Program-made: the position numbers and the translations under genes | Part shown: one piece after another, positions 9,177 through 19,198 of the stretch | Layout of the letters: each line of letters starts with the position of its first letter | How positions within the stretch are numbered: position 1 is the stretch's first letter | Notes under the pieces: model-generated | What the model saw: the letters and a program-made list of their open reading frames with translations, nothing else | Database searches by the model: none | What the model was told of the DNA's origin: nothing | DNA from: Bacteroidota bacterium | GTDB lineage: Bacteria; Bacteroidota; Bacteroidia; Sphingobacteriales; Sphingobacteriaceae | Direction: 5' to 3' | DNA length: 64,000 bases | Assembly (NCBI GenBank): GCA_030830805.1 | Contig: JAURMH010000043.1 | Coordinates: forward strand, 1,248 to 65,247

Positions 9177-10058
9177 ATGAGCAAAAAAGTACTTTGTGCC
9201 ATCAATCCACATTCTGGTAAAGGCCGCTCCCAAAGCATGCTAGCAGAAATGCAAGCTGCTTTACCAGACTTTCAATGGGTGGTTGTAGAAAGCAGTACTC
9301 CTCAATATTTCTCAACCCATTTAGGCGGCTTTATAGATTCATCAATTTCTGCAATTGCTGTATTTGGCGGAGATGGCACCATGCACGATGTGGTCAATGG
9401 TTTATATCAATCGAATCATTTAACAACACCAATTTTACTTTTTCCTGCTGGTACCGGCAATGCGTTTAATCACGATCTTGAATGCTTAGCTAGTTCTACG
9501 GCCATTGAAAGGCTCAAAAAATTTGAATTGCAAAAAATAGATTTATTAAAATTAAGCACCCCCGAACAAACCATGGTCTCTTTTAATATTATTGGTTGGG
9601 GCTTAGTGGCGCAAATTACTGCATTGGCCGAAAGGCTTAGAATATTTGGAGGTGCAAGATATACCATTGCTTCCATCCTAAAAATATTTTCGAATCCAAC
9701 CGCCTTCGCAACTTTAACTTATTCAGGTAATAAAGAATCTGCGGAATTTTCTTTTGTATTATTAATGAATACCAAACATACGGGCAAAGGCATGATGATG
9801 GCGCCCTATGCAAGTTTGAGCGATGGCCTCATGGATGTTTTAATAGTGAAGAAAACTAGCTTGTTGAATTTGCTTTTTTTATTTCCGAGTATTTATTCAG
9901 GCAAACACGTGCATTCTAAATTATTGGAGTATAAACAATTGTCATCTATTACAATTGCGGCAACAGATGGAAATCCGCTAACCATAGACGGCGAAGTAAA
10001 GGGTCGGGCGCCTTTAAGCGTAAGCATATTGCCACTTGCGCTGAGTATTATAAAATAA
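9177..10058 (+). CDS. diacylglycerol/lipid kinase family protein (YegS/BmrU-like)
   Basis: It has the GGDGT motif (FGGDGTMHDVVNGL) and a DAGK catalytic-domain layout. The ATG at 9177 is preferred over the TTG at 9156. Confidence 0.8.
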   Translation: MSKKVLCAINPHSGKGRSQSMLAEMQAALPDFQWVVVESSTPQYFSTHLGGFIDSSISAIAVFGGDGTMHDVVNGLYQSNHLTTPILLFPAGTGNAFNHDLECLASSTAIERLKKFELQKIDLLKLSTPEQTMVSFNIIGWGLVAQITALAERLRIFGGARYTIASILKIFSNPTAFATLTYSGNKESAEFSFVLLMNTKHTGKGMMMAPYASLSDGLMDVLIVKKTSLLNLLFLFPSIYSGKHVHSKLLEYKQLSSITIAATDGNPLTIDGEVKGRAPLSVSILPLALSIIK

Positions 10059-10090
10059 AAAAGGAGGCTAATAAGGCCTCCTTTTTTATT
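10055..10090. terminator. bidirectional intrinsic terminator between the lipid kinase gene and dsbD
   Basis: The stem AAGGAGGC (10061-10068) pairs with GCCTCCTT (10076-10083). An A-run lies 5' and a T-run 3', so it can work on both strands between convergent genes. Confidence 0.8.
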
Positions 10091-10104
10091 TTCTCGAGTA
10101 GCTT

Positions 10105-12135
10105 TTATTTTTTATTAAAATTCGCTTTTCCGCTATCTAAGAATTTTACATAAGCCGCAATGTCTTCGTTATATGCATATGGCGCTACCAATTCTTTACC
10201 CTCGGTATCTACAATTACATAAAGTGGCTGTGCATTATTATTAAATTTTGTGACTTGTAAATCTACATTTCGATTGCCTAAGTTTTTTACTTTTTTACCC
10301 GTAAAGCTCGAAGTATATTTTTCATTTTCCGGCAATTCTGTTCTATCATCTACATATAAAGAAATAACTACAAAATCATTTTTTAATCTTTTTAGTACTT
10401 CTTCGTTTGGCCAAACAGCGTTTTCCATTTTTCGGCAATTGGTACAGCTATGACCAGTAAAATCTAAGAAAACAGGCTTACCAACTTTTTTGGCATAGGC
10501 CATGCCTTCATTGTAATCAAAGAATGCTTCAATGCCAAGTGGGGCGTGCAATTGCTCGCTGTATTTTCGGCTACTTTCACTTGATGTAGCGCCAGTATTT
10601 TGAAAAGACTTAGCATATAAATCAAAATCTTGCGTGCCTTGGTGTGGTAAAAATCCGCTAATGGCTTTGAGCGGTGCGCCCCACAAACCCGGTGTTAAAT
10701 AAACGGCAAAGCTTAAAGAGATGATTGCTAAAAATAACCTCGATACCGAAATATATTTCACCTCCGAATCGTGATTGAATTTTAATTTTCCTAATAAATA
10801 AAATCCTAACATAACAAAGATGACAATCCATAAACCAATAAATACTTCTCTATCTAAAATTCTCCAGTGATATGCCATGTCGGCATTTGATAAAAATTTA
10901 AGTGCGAATGCAAGTTCGATAAAACCTAAACTTACCTTAACGGTGTTTAACCAGCCACCCGATTTTGGCATTGCGTTTAACCAACTAGGAAAAATTGCAA
11001 ACAAGGTAAATGGTAATGCTAAAGAGATAGAAAATCCTAACATGCCCATAAACGGCCCTACGTAAGTCCCTTTATTTGCGGCATCTACTAGCAATGTACC
11101 AATCAGCGGACCCGTACAAGAGAACGATGCAATAGCCAATACAATGGCCATAAAAAAGATGCCGATCAATCCGCCTTTATCTGCTTTTTGATCTGCTTTA
11201 GTAGACCAAGAACTAGGTAAGGTAATTTCAAATGCACCAAAAAACGATGCGGCAAACAATACTAGAATACCGAAGAATACTAAATTAAAAACGGCATTAG
11301 AAGAGAGTTCGTTTAATGCACTTGCGCCTAGCAACATGGTTACACCTAATCCTAAGGCAACGTAAATAACTACAATTGAAATTCCGTAAATAATTGCTTT
11401 ACGAATACCGTCTGCTTTATTTTTGCTTTGTTTGGTAAAAAAACTTACCGTTAAAGGAATCATTGGAAATATACAAGGCATTAACAAGGCAACAAAGCCA
11501 AATAAAAATCCTTGAAAAAAGATAGACCAATTTCCCTCTTCTTTTTCAGGTGTTGCAATTGTAGCTGTTGTAGCTGTACTGTCCGAAACGATTGCTGTGC
11601 TTGCATTAGCGCTGCTATCTATTTTATTTAAAGTTTGTGTGCTATCTAAATTGGCACTGGCAATAATTGCTTTGGTAGGCAAACCTTTTACTGCAAAATT
11701 AAAAGCAACTTCTTCTGGCGGCAAACATTGCTTGTCGTTACAAACCATGTATTCGAAAGTGCCCGATACGGTATAATCTTTTGCAGTTAATGTTTTTATT
11801 TTTTGTTTGAAAGTGACAGTATGCTCAAAGTAAGAAACTTTCATTTCAAATACTTCGTCATTGATGGTAATTGGTTTTGGAATTTCTTTTACACCTTTAT
11901 TTAATTCGTAGTTTGGGTTAGGCGTAAACTTAAAAGTGGTAGGAAGTGGACCGCCCTCACCAACAAATTGTGAGTACACATGCCAGTGCTCGTCAATGCT
12001 AGCTTTAATAACAAGCGTTGGAGTTTCACTGCCGTTATTTTCTATGGCGTAAGTCCATTTTACAGGCTCTTGAATTTGCGAATAAATATTAAAGCTGAAT
12101 AGCAATAGTCCAAGTAGGCCTAAGATTTTTTTCAT
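10105..12135 (-). CDS. dsbD: thiol:disulfide interchange protein DsbD-like (cytochrome c biogenesis TM domain plus thioredoxin)
   Basis: It has a signal peptide, an N-terminal beta domain, a multi-pass membrane core and a C-terminal thioredoxin fold with CTNC (GHSCTNCRKM). Confidence 0.85.
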   Translation of the reverse strand: MKKILGLLGLLLFSFNIYSQIQEPVKWTYAIENNGSETPTLVIKASIDEHWHVYSQFVGEGGPLPTTFKFTPNPNYELNKGVKEIPKPITINDEVFEMKVSYFEHTVTFKQKIKTLTAKDYTVSGTFEYMVCNDKQCLPPEEVAFNFAVKGLPTKAIIASANLDSTQTLNKIDSSANASTAIVSDSTATTATIATPEKEEGNWSIFFQGFLFGFVALLMPCIFPMIPLTVSFFTKQSKNKADGIRKAIIYGISIVVIYVALGLGVTMLLGASALNELSSNAVFNLVFFGILVLFAASFFGAFEITLPSSWSTKADQKADKGGLIGIFFMAIVLAIASFSCTGPLIGTLLVDAANKGTYVGPFMGMLGFSISLALPFTLFAIFPSWLNAMPKSGGWLNTVKVSLGFIELAFALKFLSNADMAYHWRILDREVFIGLWIVIFVMLGFYLLGKLKFNHDSEVKYISVSRLFLAIISLSFAVYLTPGLWGAPLKAISGFLPHQGTQDFDLYAKSFQNTGATSSESSRKYSEQLHAPLGIEAFFDYNEGMAYAKKVGKPVFLDFTGHSCTNCRKMENAVWPNEEVLKRLKNDFVVISLYVDDRTELPENEKYTSSFTGKKVKNLGNRNVDLQVTKFNNNAQPLYVIVDTEGKELVAPYAYNEDIAAYVKFLDSGKANFNKK

Positions 12136-12158
12136 ATTCTTTTGTTGAGATGATTTTT

Positions 12159-12166
12159 CAAAAATA
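12159..12166 (-). promoter_or_regulatory. candidate -7 promoter box for dsbD
   Basis: Minus-strand TATTTTTG, 23 nt upstream of the ATG at 12135, inside the 39-nt birA-dsbD gap. Confidence 0.35.
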
Positions 12167-12174
12167 TCAATTTT

Positions 12175-12924
12175 TTAAATGATAAAAGTAATTTCTTTGT
12201 TGTTGAAATAATGTATGCTGCCATTGATTGATATGGCTAGTCTGCCAATTTCGTCTATTCCTTCAATTGTACCTAATTGTACCTGACCATTTATCATATA
12301 GTTTGCAGGATGTTGCAAGCGATATAATTGTTTGAGGTAATCTAAACGAATACTTTGATAGTCTTCCGTTTTAATAGCATCATACCTTTCTTCTATGCAT
12401 TCGCAAAGGCTTTGGAGCATTTGCTGAAGATCATATTCTTTGCCTGTTAATTGACTTAATGAGCAAGCGTTTTTTGCTTGACTGCTAAATACTTTTTGAT
12501 TGATGTTCAAGCCAATGCCAATGATGCTGTTATTAATGACATCTTGCTGTATTGAATTCTCAATTAAAACACCTGCTATTTTTTGATTGCCCACATAAAT
12601 ATCATTCGGCCATTTAATAGTAACATCTTCGATATAGTTTTTTAAAAAGTCACAGATTGCCAGGCTGATAGCAATAGAAAGCATAAATTGATCTGCTATT
12701 TTTAGGAAATGCGGCCGATAATAAATGCTCAATAAAAGGTTCTCTTTGGGCAAAGACTCCCAAATGGCACCTGTTTGGCCTTTGCCGGCCGTTTGGAAGT
12801 CTGCCATAATTACCGAGCCTTCGGGTATTGGCGCAGAATTTGACAACATTTCTGCAGTATAACTGTTAGTAGAATGAACTTCCTTTAAATGAATGATATT
12901 TTTACCAGTATACGGAGCTTTCAT
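12175..12924 (-). CDS. birA: biotin--[acetyl-CoA-carboxylase] ligase (class I, no HTH repressor domain)
   Basis: 249 aa with the BPL catalytic core (TAGKGQTGAIWES, KWPNDIY) and no N-terminal DNA-binding domain. Confidence 0.85.
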   Translation of the reverse strand: MKAPYTGKNIIHLKEVHSTNSYTAEMLSNSAPIPEGSVIMADFQTAGKGQTGAIWESLPKENLLLSIYYRPHFLKIADQFMLSIAISLAICDFLKNYIEDVTIKWPNDIYVGNQKIAGVLIENSIQQDVINNSIIGIGLNINQKVFSSQAKNACSLSQLTGKEYDLQQMLQSLCECIEERYDAIKTEDYQSIRLDYLKQLYRLQHPANYMINGQVQLGTIEGIDEIGRLAISINGSIHYFNNKEITFII

Positions 12925-12949
12925 ATGGGAATAAACGCAAATTAATTGC

Positions 12950-12957
12950 TAATTTTG
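12950..12957 (+). promoter_or_regulatory. candidate -7 promoter box for rsfS-ftsH
   Basis: TAATTTTG, 19 nt upstream of the ATG at 12977. Confidence 0.4.
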
Positions 12958-12976
12958 GCTAAATTAAACGGTTTTA

Positions 12977-13354
12977 ATGAAGAAACACAAAAAAGAAGTA
13001 GATTCTCAGAAAATAGCGGAAGTTATTGTTCAAGGTATACAAGAGAAAAAGGGAAAAGATATTGTTAGTTTAGATTTGAGAAAAATCAGCAGTTCTGTCA
13101 GCGATTATTTTATTATTTGCCATGCAGATTCGAGCACCCAAGTAAGGGCCATTGCAGATTCTGTAGAACACGAAATGGATAAAGTGCTAAACGAGCATCT
13201 GTGGCACAAAGAAGGCCAAGGAAACGCCGAATGGATTTTACTAGATTATGTTTCAGTTGTAGTACATATTTTTAAAACAGATAAAAGAGAATTTTATGGT
13301 GTAGAAGAATTATGGGGCGATGCGCAATCGCAACGTTTCGAATCCGCATCTTAA
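12977..13354 (+). CDS. rsfS: ribosome silencing factor
   Basis: 125 aa with a DYFIICHADSSTQVRAIAD pattern and the WILLDY..VVVHIF signature of RsfS/Iojap. Confidence 0.9.
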   Translation: MKKHKKEVDSQKIAEVIVQGIQEKKGKDIVSLDLRKISSSVSDYFIICHADSSTQVRAIADSVEHEMDKVLNEHLWHKEGQGNAEWILLDYVSVVVHIFKTDKREFYGVEELWGDAQSQRFESAS

Positions 13355-13370
13355 GCATATAAAAAAATAG

Positions 13371-15581
13371 ATGGAAGAGCAGAAGAAAAAAATAAGTGGC
13401 GGCAAAAAAATGCCCAACATGCCGCAGGTACCCAAATTTAATTTTTATTGGATTTACGGAATATTATTGGTTGCTGTTTTAGCATTCAATTTTTTATACA
13501 AAGACAATAGCGCAAAAGAAATCAGTTACCAAAAGTTCGAAACAGAAATGTTATTGAACCATGATGTAGAAAAACTGATTGCTTACAAGCAAAATGAAAT
13601 GTATGTGGTAGAAGTATACATTTATAAAGCAAAAGTTACCGGAGAAAAGTATAAAGAGATTAATAGCGGCGCATATTTTTCTGGCGCTGGTCCTCATTAT
13701 TTTTTAACACAACTTTCGATCGATGATTTTAACAATCGTATTCGCGAAGCACAAAAAAGTTTTACGGCTGCAGAAAAAGTTGATGTAGAGTATATTACTA
13801 AATCAAATTGGGGCAGAGACTTTTTATTGTCTTGGGTATTGCCTTTAGTATTGATGATTGCCGTATGGATGTTCATCATGCGTAAGATGTCTGGCGGCGG
13901 CGGCGCAGGCGGCGGCGGTCAAATATTCAATATTGGAAAATCGCGTGCCACTTTGTTCGATAAAGAATCACAAGTAGCCATTACCTTTAATGATGTTGCC
14001 GGTTTAGAAGAAGCAAAGCAAGAAGTAATGGAAGTGGTAGACTTCTTAAAAAATCCAAAAAAATATACTAATCTCGGCGGAAAAATTCCGAAAGGTGTTT
14101 TATTAGTGGGTGCGCCAGGTACTGGAAAAACATTATTGGCTAAAGCCGTTGCAGGCGAAGCGCAAGTTCCATTTTTCTCGCTTTCGGGTTCGGACTTTGT
14201 AGAAATGTTTGTGGGTGTAGGAGCATCTAGAGTAAGAGATTTATTTAAACAAGCGAAAGAAAAAGCACCATGTATTATTTTCATCGACGAAATTGATGCC
14301 ATTGGTAGAGCGCGTGGTAAAAACCAAATTATGGGTGGCAATGACGAGCGCGAAAATACCTTAAATCAATTGTTAGTAGAGATGGATGGTTTTGGAACCG
14401 ACTCGGGTGTAATTATTATGGCGGCAACGAATCGCCCAGATGTACTAGATCCGGCCCTGTTAAGACCAGGTAGATTTGATAGACAAATTGGAATTGATAA
14501 ACCAGATTTAATTGGAAGAGAACAAATTTTCAAAGTGCATTTAAAGCCATTGAAATTATCACCTAATATTGATCCAAAAAAATTAGCTGCACAAACACCA
14601 GGATTTGCTGGTGCAGAAATTGCAAATGTTTGTAACGAGGCTGCGTTAATTGCTGCTAGAAAAGACAAGCAAGTAATTGACATGCAAGATTTTCAAGATG
14701 CAATTGATCGCGTGATCGGTGGTTTAGAAAAGAAGAATAAAATTATTTCACCAGAAGAAAAAAGAATTGTTGCATTCCACGAAGCAGGTCATGCCATTGC
14801 TGGTTGGTTTTTAGAACACGCAGATCCATTGGTTAAAGTTTCTATTGTTCCAAGAGGCATAGCGGCATTAGGTTACGCGCAGTACTTACCCAAGGAGCAA
14901 TACTTATACACTACAGAACAATTGTTAGATAGTATGAAGATGACTTTAGGGGGTAGAGCTGCAGAAGAAATTGTTTTTGGTAAAATATCTACTGGTGCAC
15001 AAAACGATTTGGAAAGGATTACCAAGTTGGCTTATGCAATGGTAACTATGTATGGTATGAACAAAACTATTGGTAATATTTCTTTTAACGATCCGCAAGG
15101 AGAGTTTGGTTATGGTAAACCTTATTCAGATAAAACATCAGAGTTAATAGACATTGAAGTACGCGGATTAATTGCGCAGATGTATGAAGATACTAAAGCA
15201 ATGTTAACCAAACACAGAGCGCACTTAGATAATATTGCAAAGGCTTTATTGGAGAAAGAAATTATTTTCCAATCAGACTTAGAAGAGATGTTAGGCAAAA
15301 GACCATTTGACACCCGAACTACTTACGATGAGTTTGTAAATGGGACAGAAGAAGCAACGGTTGTTGAGCCAAGCGCAAAAACTAATGATGCGAAAGAAAC
15401 AACAAAAGCGCCATTCGCAGATGAGCTTACTAGGCCCACTGTGTTTGAGTCTAAACCTCCTGTTGAAGGTGAAAAGACCATAGAAGAGTTGGAGGCCGAA
15501 TTTGCTAAATCAGACAATCCAGATGATGGTTTAAAAATTAGCACACATAATAGTCCAAGCGAAGACCCAAAAGCTGAATAA
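13371..15581 (+). CDS. ftsH: ATP-dependent zinc metalloprotease FtsH
   Basis: It has a Walker A (GAPGTGKT), the AAA second region of homology and the HEAGHA zinc site. The acidic low-complexity C-terminal tail is long. Confidence 0.97.
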   Translation: MEEQKKKISGGKKMPNMPQVPKFNFYWIYGILLVAVLAFNFLYKDNSAKEISYQKFETEMLLNHDVEKLIAYKQNEMYVVEVYIYKAKVTGEKYKEINSGAYFSGAGPHYFLTQLSIDDFNNRIREAQKSFTAAEKVDVEYITKSNWGRDFLLSWVLPLVLMIAVWMFIMRKMSGGGGAGGGGQIFNIGKSRATLFDKESQVAITFNDVAGLEEAKQEVMEVVDFLKNPKKYTNLGGKIPKGVLLVGAPGTGKTLLAKAVAGEAQVPFFSLSGSDFVEMFVGVGASRVRDLFKQAKEKAPCIIFIDEIDAIGRARGKNQIMGGNDERENTLNQLLVEMDGFGTDSGVIIMAATNRPDVLDPALLRPGRFDRQIGIDKPDLIGREQIFKVHLKPLKLSPNIDPKKLAAQTPGFAGAEIANVCNEAALIAARKDKQVIDMQDFQDAIDRVIGGLEKKNKIISPEEKRIVAFHEAGHAIAGWFLEHADPLVKVSIVPRGIAALGYAQYLPKEQYLYTTEQLLDSMKMTLGGRAAEEIVFGKISTGAQNDLERITKLAYAMVTMYGMNKTIGNISFNDPQGEFGYGKPYSDKTSELIDIEVRGLIAQMYEDTKAMLTKHRAHLDNIAKALLEKEIIFQSDLEEMLGKRPFDTRTTYDEFVNGTEEATVVEPSAKTNDAKETTKAPFADELTRPTVFESKPPVEGEKTIEELEAEFAKSDNPDDGLKISTHNSPSEDPKAE

Positions 15582-15593
15582 TATATTTTAAAA

Positions 15594-15626
15594 GAAATAC
15601 CGCTCATTGAGCGGTATTTTTTATTT
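15594..15626 (+). terminator. intrinsic terminator after ftsH
   Basis: An 8-bp stem (ATACCGCT at 15597-15604 pairs with AGCGGTAT at 15610-15617) has a 5-nt loop and is followed by TTTTTTATTTT. Confidence 0.8.
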
Positions 15627-15633
15627 TAGCAAT

Positions 15634-16278
15634 ATGCAAGAAGCAACACCCAAAGAGCGAATGCTTAAGAAAATTAGGAAAGCCCTGATTGAAAAAGCGG
15701 AAAACCCCTTCCCAAAATTCGAAGATACGGAAGGTATTTTTGCGAGCTCTCCCGAATTGCTAGAAATTCAATTTGCAGAAGCATTCAATAAAGTGAATGG
15801 TCAATTTATTTATTGCGAAAACGAAAAAGATTTTTTGCTTCAATTAAAGTCTATTGCGCAAGATAAAAAATGGACAAATATTTTCTGTTGGGAAAAAGAA
15901 TTGCAAGGCCTAATTAAAAATCAAGTAAGTTATCAAACCACCGACTACGAGTTTATAGATGCGGTAGTGGGCATCACCACCTGCGAAGCATTAATAGCCA
16001 GAACCGGCAGTATTTTAATTAGCAGTGGATCGGCCGCAGGCCGCAGGTTATCTATCTATCCAAGCATTCATGTGGTAGTGGCTTATGCTTCTCAATTAAA
16101 AAACGATACCATAGATGCTATTCAATTTATGAATGAAAAATACCAAGGTCAATTGCCTTCCTTGATGAGTGTTGTGGCAGGACCAAGTAGAACGGCAGAT
16201 ATTGAAAAAACTTTAGTCTTAGGCGCACATGGTCCAAGAGAATTATTTTTATTTTTAATAGACGATACGCAAGCCTAA
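15634..16278 (+). CDS. LUD-domain protein (LutC/YkgG-like)
   Basis: About 214 aa with the LutC-like pattern (GITTCEALIARTGSILISS, VVAGPSRTADIE). The TTG start at 15607 lies inside the ftsH terminator hairpin, so the ATG at 15634 is preferred. Confidence 0.75.
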   Translation: MQEATPKERMLKKIRKALIEKAENPFPKFEDTEGIFASSPELLEIQFAEAFNKVNGQFIYCENEKDFLLQLKSIAQDKKWTNIFCWEKELQGLIKNQVSYQTTDYEFIDAVVGITTCEALIARTGSILISSGSAAGRRLSIYPSIHVVVAYASQLKNDTIDAIQFMNEKYQGQLPSLMSVVAGPSRTADIEKTLVLGAHGPRELFLFLIDDTQA

Positions 16279-17039
16279 TGGAAAACCAAAAGAAAATATA
16301 TTTTGCTTCCGACTTTCATTTAGGCTTACCTAATTTCGAAACCAGTCGCCAAAGAGAAGATAAAATTGTGCGTTGGTTAAATGTCATTAAAGCAGATGCT
16401 GCTGAAATTTTTTTAGTTGGCGATATTTTTGATTTTTGGTTTGAATATGCAAAGGTGGTACCTAAAGGTTTTGTGCGTTTACAAGGAGCCATTGCGGCAA
16501 TAACAGATGCAGGTATACCGGTGCATTTTTTTAAAGGCAATCATGATCTTTGGATGTTTAATTATTTTCAAAAAGAATTAGGCGTGCAATTGCATTCAGA
16601 GCCTGTCGATCGCGAATTTAATGGAAAGCGCTTTTTTATTGGTCATGGCGATGGATTGGGCCCAGGAGATTATAATTATAAATTACTTAAGAAAATTTTT
16701 ACTAGCAAAGTTTGCCAATGGTTATTTGCGCGCATTCACCCAAATCTTGGTGTTGGACTAGCACATGCATGGTCTCAAAAATCTCGCTTGGTTCAGGATA
16801 AAAAAGAACAATTTTTAGGCGAAGCAAACGAGTGGTTAGCTATTTATGCGAAAGAAAAATTAACACACAGCCATTACGATTATTTTATATTTGGTCATCG
16901 TCATATTCCACTTAATATTGATTTAGGAAATAATAGCAGGTATATTAATTTAGGAGAATGGATTCATGCCAATACCTATGCTTGTTTTGATGGGCAAGAA
17001 CTTTCGCTTCTCACTTTTAATGAAAATGAAAAAGCTTAG
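16278..17039 (+). CDS. lpxH: UDP-2,3-diacylglucosamine diphosphatase
   Basis: It has the calcineurin-like metallophosphoesterase motifs (SDFHLG, GDIFDFW, GNHDLW, GHGD, GHRH). Its start overlaps the stop of the upstream gene (TAATG). Confidence 0.8.
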   Translation: MENQKKIYFASDFHLGLPNFETSRQREDKIVRWLNVIKADAAEIFLVGDIFDFWFEYAKVVPKGFVRLQGAIAAITDAGIPVHFFKGNHDLWMFNYFQKELGVQLHSEPVDREFNGKRFFIGHGDGLGPGDYNYKLLKKIFTSKVCQWLFARIHPNLGVGLAHAWSQKSRLVQDKKEQFLGEANEWLAIYAKEKLTHSHYDYFIFGHRHIPLNIDLGNNSRYINLGEWIHANTYACFDGQELSLLTFNENEKA

Positions 17040-17799
17040 CCTCTTTTTTTTATCTTTCATTTGTCAGCAGGCAAGTGCACAAACTACTTTAATTGCAACG
17101 CAAGTTAAAAATTATCAAGTGGATCGATTAGACAATGTACTGTATATCGACTTAAAAAGTAATGTTACAAAAATTGAATCGACAAGGCTTAAGACCAATT
17201 ATTACGCAGCTTTGGCGAGTGGAAGCCCCGAGATTTTAGATGCTACCAATCCATTTGCCATAATGGTTTATTATCCTTCTTTTTTTCAGGTAAAAATCTT
17301 AGATGTAAATTTAGCAGAAATAGGCTCTTACGATTTAAGAGCTATTTATCCAAATTCATTTTTTAATTTGGTATGCACGGCACCAGTAAATGGTTTTTGG
17401 GCATATGATGAGTTCAGTAGAAAATTAGTTAGGCTAGACGGAAATTTTCAAATCAAGCAGCAATCGCAAGACCTATATTTATTTACAAAAAAAATAATTA
17501 AGCCAAATTTTTTATCTGCCAATAATGAATTTGTTTATTTAAATGATCCAATGGTTGGCATTATGGTTTTTGATATTTTTGGAAGTTACCAAAAAACAAT
17601 TCCACTCTTGGGCTTGAAAAAATTTACAGTCAATGAGGGTAAAATAGTATACGGTAAAGACGGGCATATTTTACAATATCAAAACCTGCGCACGGATACC
17701 TTAAGAAGCACTCAAATTAAAATGGAGCAATTTTCCATGGCCGGTGCTAGCGCTTACTGGATGCAATCCGACAGCTTATTTACCCAAATTCTCCAATAG
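17020..17799 (+). CDS. secreted hypothetical protein
   Basis: A signal peptide (MKMKKLSLFFLSFICQQASAQ) starts at the internal ATG 17020/17026. The gene overlaps the 3' end of lpxH. No motif was recognised. Confidence 0.5.
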   Translation: MKMKKLSLFFLSFICQQASAQTTLIATQVKNYQVDRLDNVLYIDLKSNVTKIESTRLKTNYYAALASGSPEILDATNPFAIMVYYPSFFQVKILDVNLAEIGSYDLRAIYPNSFFNLVCTAPVNGFWAYDEFSRKLVRLDGNFQIKQQSQDLYLFTKKIIKPNFLSANNEFVYLNDPMVGIMVFDIFGSYQKTIPLLGLKKFTVNEGKIVYGKDGHILQYQNLRTDTLRSTQIKMEQFSMAGASAYWMQSDSLFTQILQ

Positions 17800-17879
17800 C
17801 TTACCCAACGAATTTCCAAAAGGAATCGCTAAAAATCAGTTAATTTCGTAAATTGCGCCTTGTTTCAGGGATTAAAATT

Positions 17880-18950
17880 ATGTTAGAAAAATTAGAAGCA
17901 ATAAAAAGAAGATTTGAAGATGTAGAAGTGGAGCTTTCTTCTCCCAATGCTATGTCTGATATGAAGCGATTTGCTCAATTAAATAAAGAATACAAAGAGT
18001 TGTCTAAAATTGTGGCGGAATACCACATTTATAACAATATCATGAGCAATATCGAGTCGAATAAAGAAATTTTAGCGACCGAAAAAGACGAAGAGTTTAG
18101 GGAAATGGCTAAAGCAGAGCTAGACACCCTTATTCACGAAAGGGATAAAATGGAAGAAGATATTCGTTTAATGTTGATTCCTTCTGATCCTGAAGATGCT
18201 AAAAATGCTATTTTAGAAATTCGCGCCGGTACTGGTGGCGACGAAGCTAGTTTATTTGCCGGCGATTTATTCAGAATGTACCAACGCTTTTGTGAAAACA
18301 AAGGATGGAAAACCGAACTGGTAGATTATACACAAGGCACAGCAGGTGGGTATAAAGAAATTATTTTAAATGTTTCTGGTGAAGATGTTTACGGCACCTT
18401 GAAATATGAATCTGGCGTTCACCGTGTACAAAGAGTGCCAGCAACCGAAACACAAGGCAGGGTGCATACTTCTGCCGCTTCTATAGTGGTGTTACCAGAA
18501 GCAGACGAATTCGATATTGACTTAAAAGTAAGTGATATTCGTAAAGACTTTTTCTGTTCATCTGGTCCCGGCGGGCAATCGGTTAACACAACATATTCGG
18601 CGGTGCGCTTAACACACGTTCCAACAGGCATTGTAGCGCAATGCCAAGACGAAAAATCGCAGCATAAAAATTACGATAAAGCACTTTCGGTATTGCGTTC
18701 ACGTATTTACGAAATGGAATACGCAAAACATTTGGATGAAGTATCCAAAAAAAGAAAGACAATGGTTGCAACAGGCGACCGTTCTGCTAAAATCAGAACC
18801 TATAACTACCCACAAAGCAGGTTAACCGAGCACCGCATTGGTTTAACTTCTTATAATTTAAATGGGGTAATGAATGGTGATATTCAGGATATTATCGATG
18901 GATTGCAATTTGCAGAGAATGCAGAGAAACTAAAAGAAGGAACTATTTAA
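17880..18950 (+). CDS. prfA: peptide chain release factor 1
   Basis: It has the RF1-specific PAT tripeptide (RVPATE) and the GGQ motif (SGPGGQSVN). The ATG at 17880 ([12 protein letters not shown]) is preferred. Confidence 0.95.
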   Translation: MLEKLEAIKRRFEDVEVELSSPNAMSDMKRFAQLNKEYKELSKIVAEYHIYNNIMSNIESNKEILATEKDEEFREMAKAELDTLIHERDKMEEDIRLMLIPSDPEDAKNAILEIRAGTGGDEASLFAGDLFRMYQRFCENKGWKTELVDYTQGTAGGYKEIILNVSGEDVYGTLKYESGVHRVQRVPATETQGRVHTSAASIVVLPEADEFDIDLKVSDIRKDFFCSSGPGGQSVNTTYSAVRLTHVPTGIVAQCQDEKSQHKNYDKALSVLRSRIYEMEYAKHLDEVSKKRKTMVATGDRSAKIRTYNYPQSRLTEHRIGLTSYNLNGVMNGDIQDIIDGLQFAENAEKLKEGTI

Positions 18951-18977
18951 TCGATTAATTTCGAGAATTTTCATTTT

Positions 18978-19011
18978 TTTGTTGATAAAACCATATTAGA
19001 CTGTATATTTG
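18978..19011 (+). promoter_or_regulatory. candidate promoter for tRNA-Asp (-33 TTTG plus -7 TATATTTG)
   Basis: TTTG at 18978-18981 and TATATTTG at 19004-19011 are separated by 22 nt. The -7 box ends 17 nt before the mature tRNA 5' end. Confidence 0.5.
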
Positions 19012-19028
19012 CAGTCCCATAGGGAAAC

Positions 19029-19102
19029 GGAGTGGTAGTTCAGCTGGTTAGAATGCCTGCCTGTCACGCAGGAGGTCGCGGGTTCGAGTCCCGTCCATTC
19101 CG
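19029..19102 (+). tRNA. tRNA-Asp (anticodon GTC)
   Basis: A hand-folded cloverleaf fits. The acceptor stem is GGAGTGG/CCATTCC, the D-arm GTTC/GAAT, the anticodon stem CCTGC/GCAGG with loop CTGTCAC, and the T-arm GCGGG-TTCGAGT-CCCGT. Length is 74 nt and CCA is not encoded. Confidence 0.9.
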
Positions 19103-19103
19103 C

Positions 19104-19141
19104 AAAAGAGCTTTAGAGAAATCTAAGGCTCTTTTTGTTTT
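19104..19141. terminator. intrinsic terminator after tRNA-Asp (also usable by convergent nupC)
   Basis: A 12-bp stem (19106-19117 pairs with 19122-19133, one G-U) has a GAAA tetraloop and is followed by TTTTTGTTTT. An A-run on the 5' side makes it bidirectional. Confidence 0.8.
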
Positions 19142-19198
19142 AGGTGTTTTTTTTAATTCGATGTTAGTTGCACACAGCTTCTATAGTATTCATTTAAA

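Noticed and set aside
13893-13919. A strikingly GC-rich (GGC)n-like tract in an otherwise AT-rich window.
   Set aside because: It encodes the Gly-rich linker (GGGGAGGGG) between the FtsH membrane domain and the AAA module. It is a coding constraint, not a repeat element.
15607-15633. TTG-extended N-terminus of the LUD-domain ORF. There are similar TTG/GTG extensions at 1356, 4958, 9156, 17853, 26607, 27841, 36671, 43325, 43441 and 51690.
   Set aside because: The extensions overlap terminators or upstream genes, or they precede a much better ATG that yields a canonical N-terminus or signal peptide.
17810-17840. Weak hairpin (TTCC-aaaa-GGAA) after the 17020-17799 gene, considered as a terminator.
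   Set aside because: The stem has only 4 clean base pairs and no T-run.
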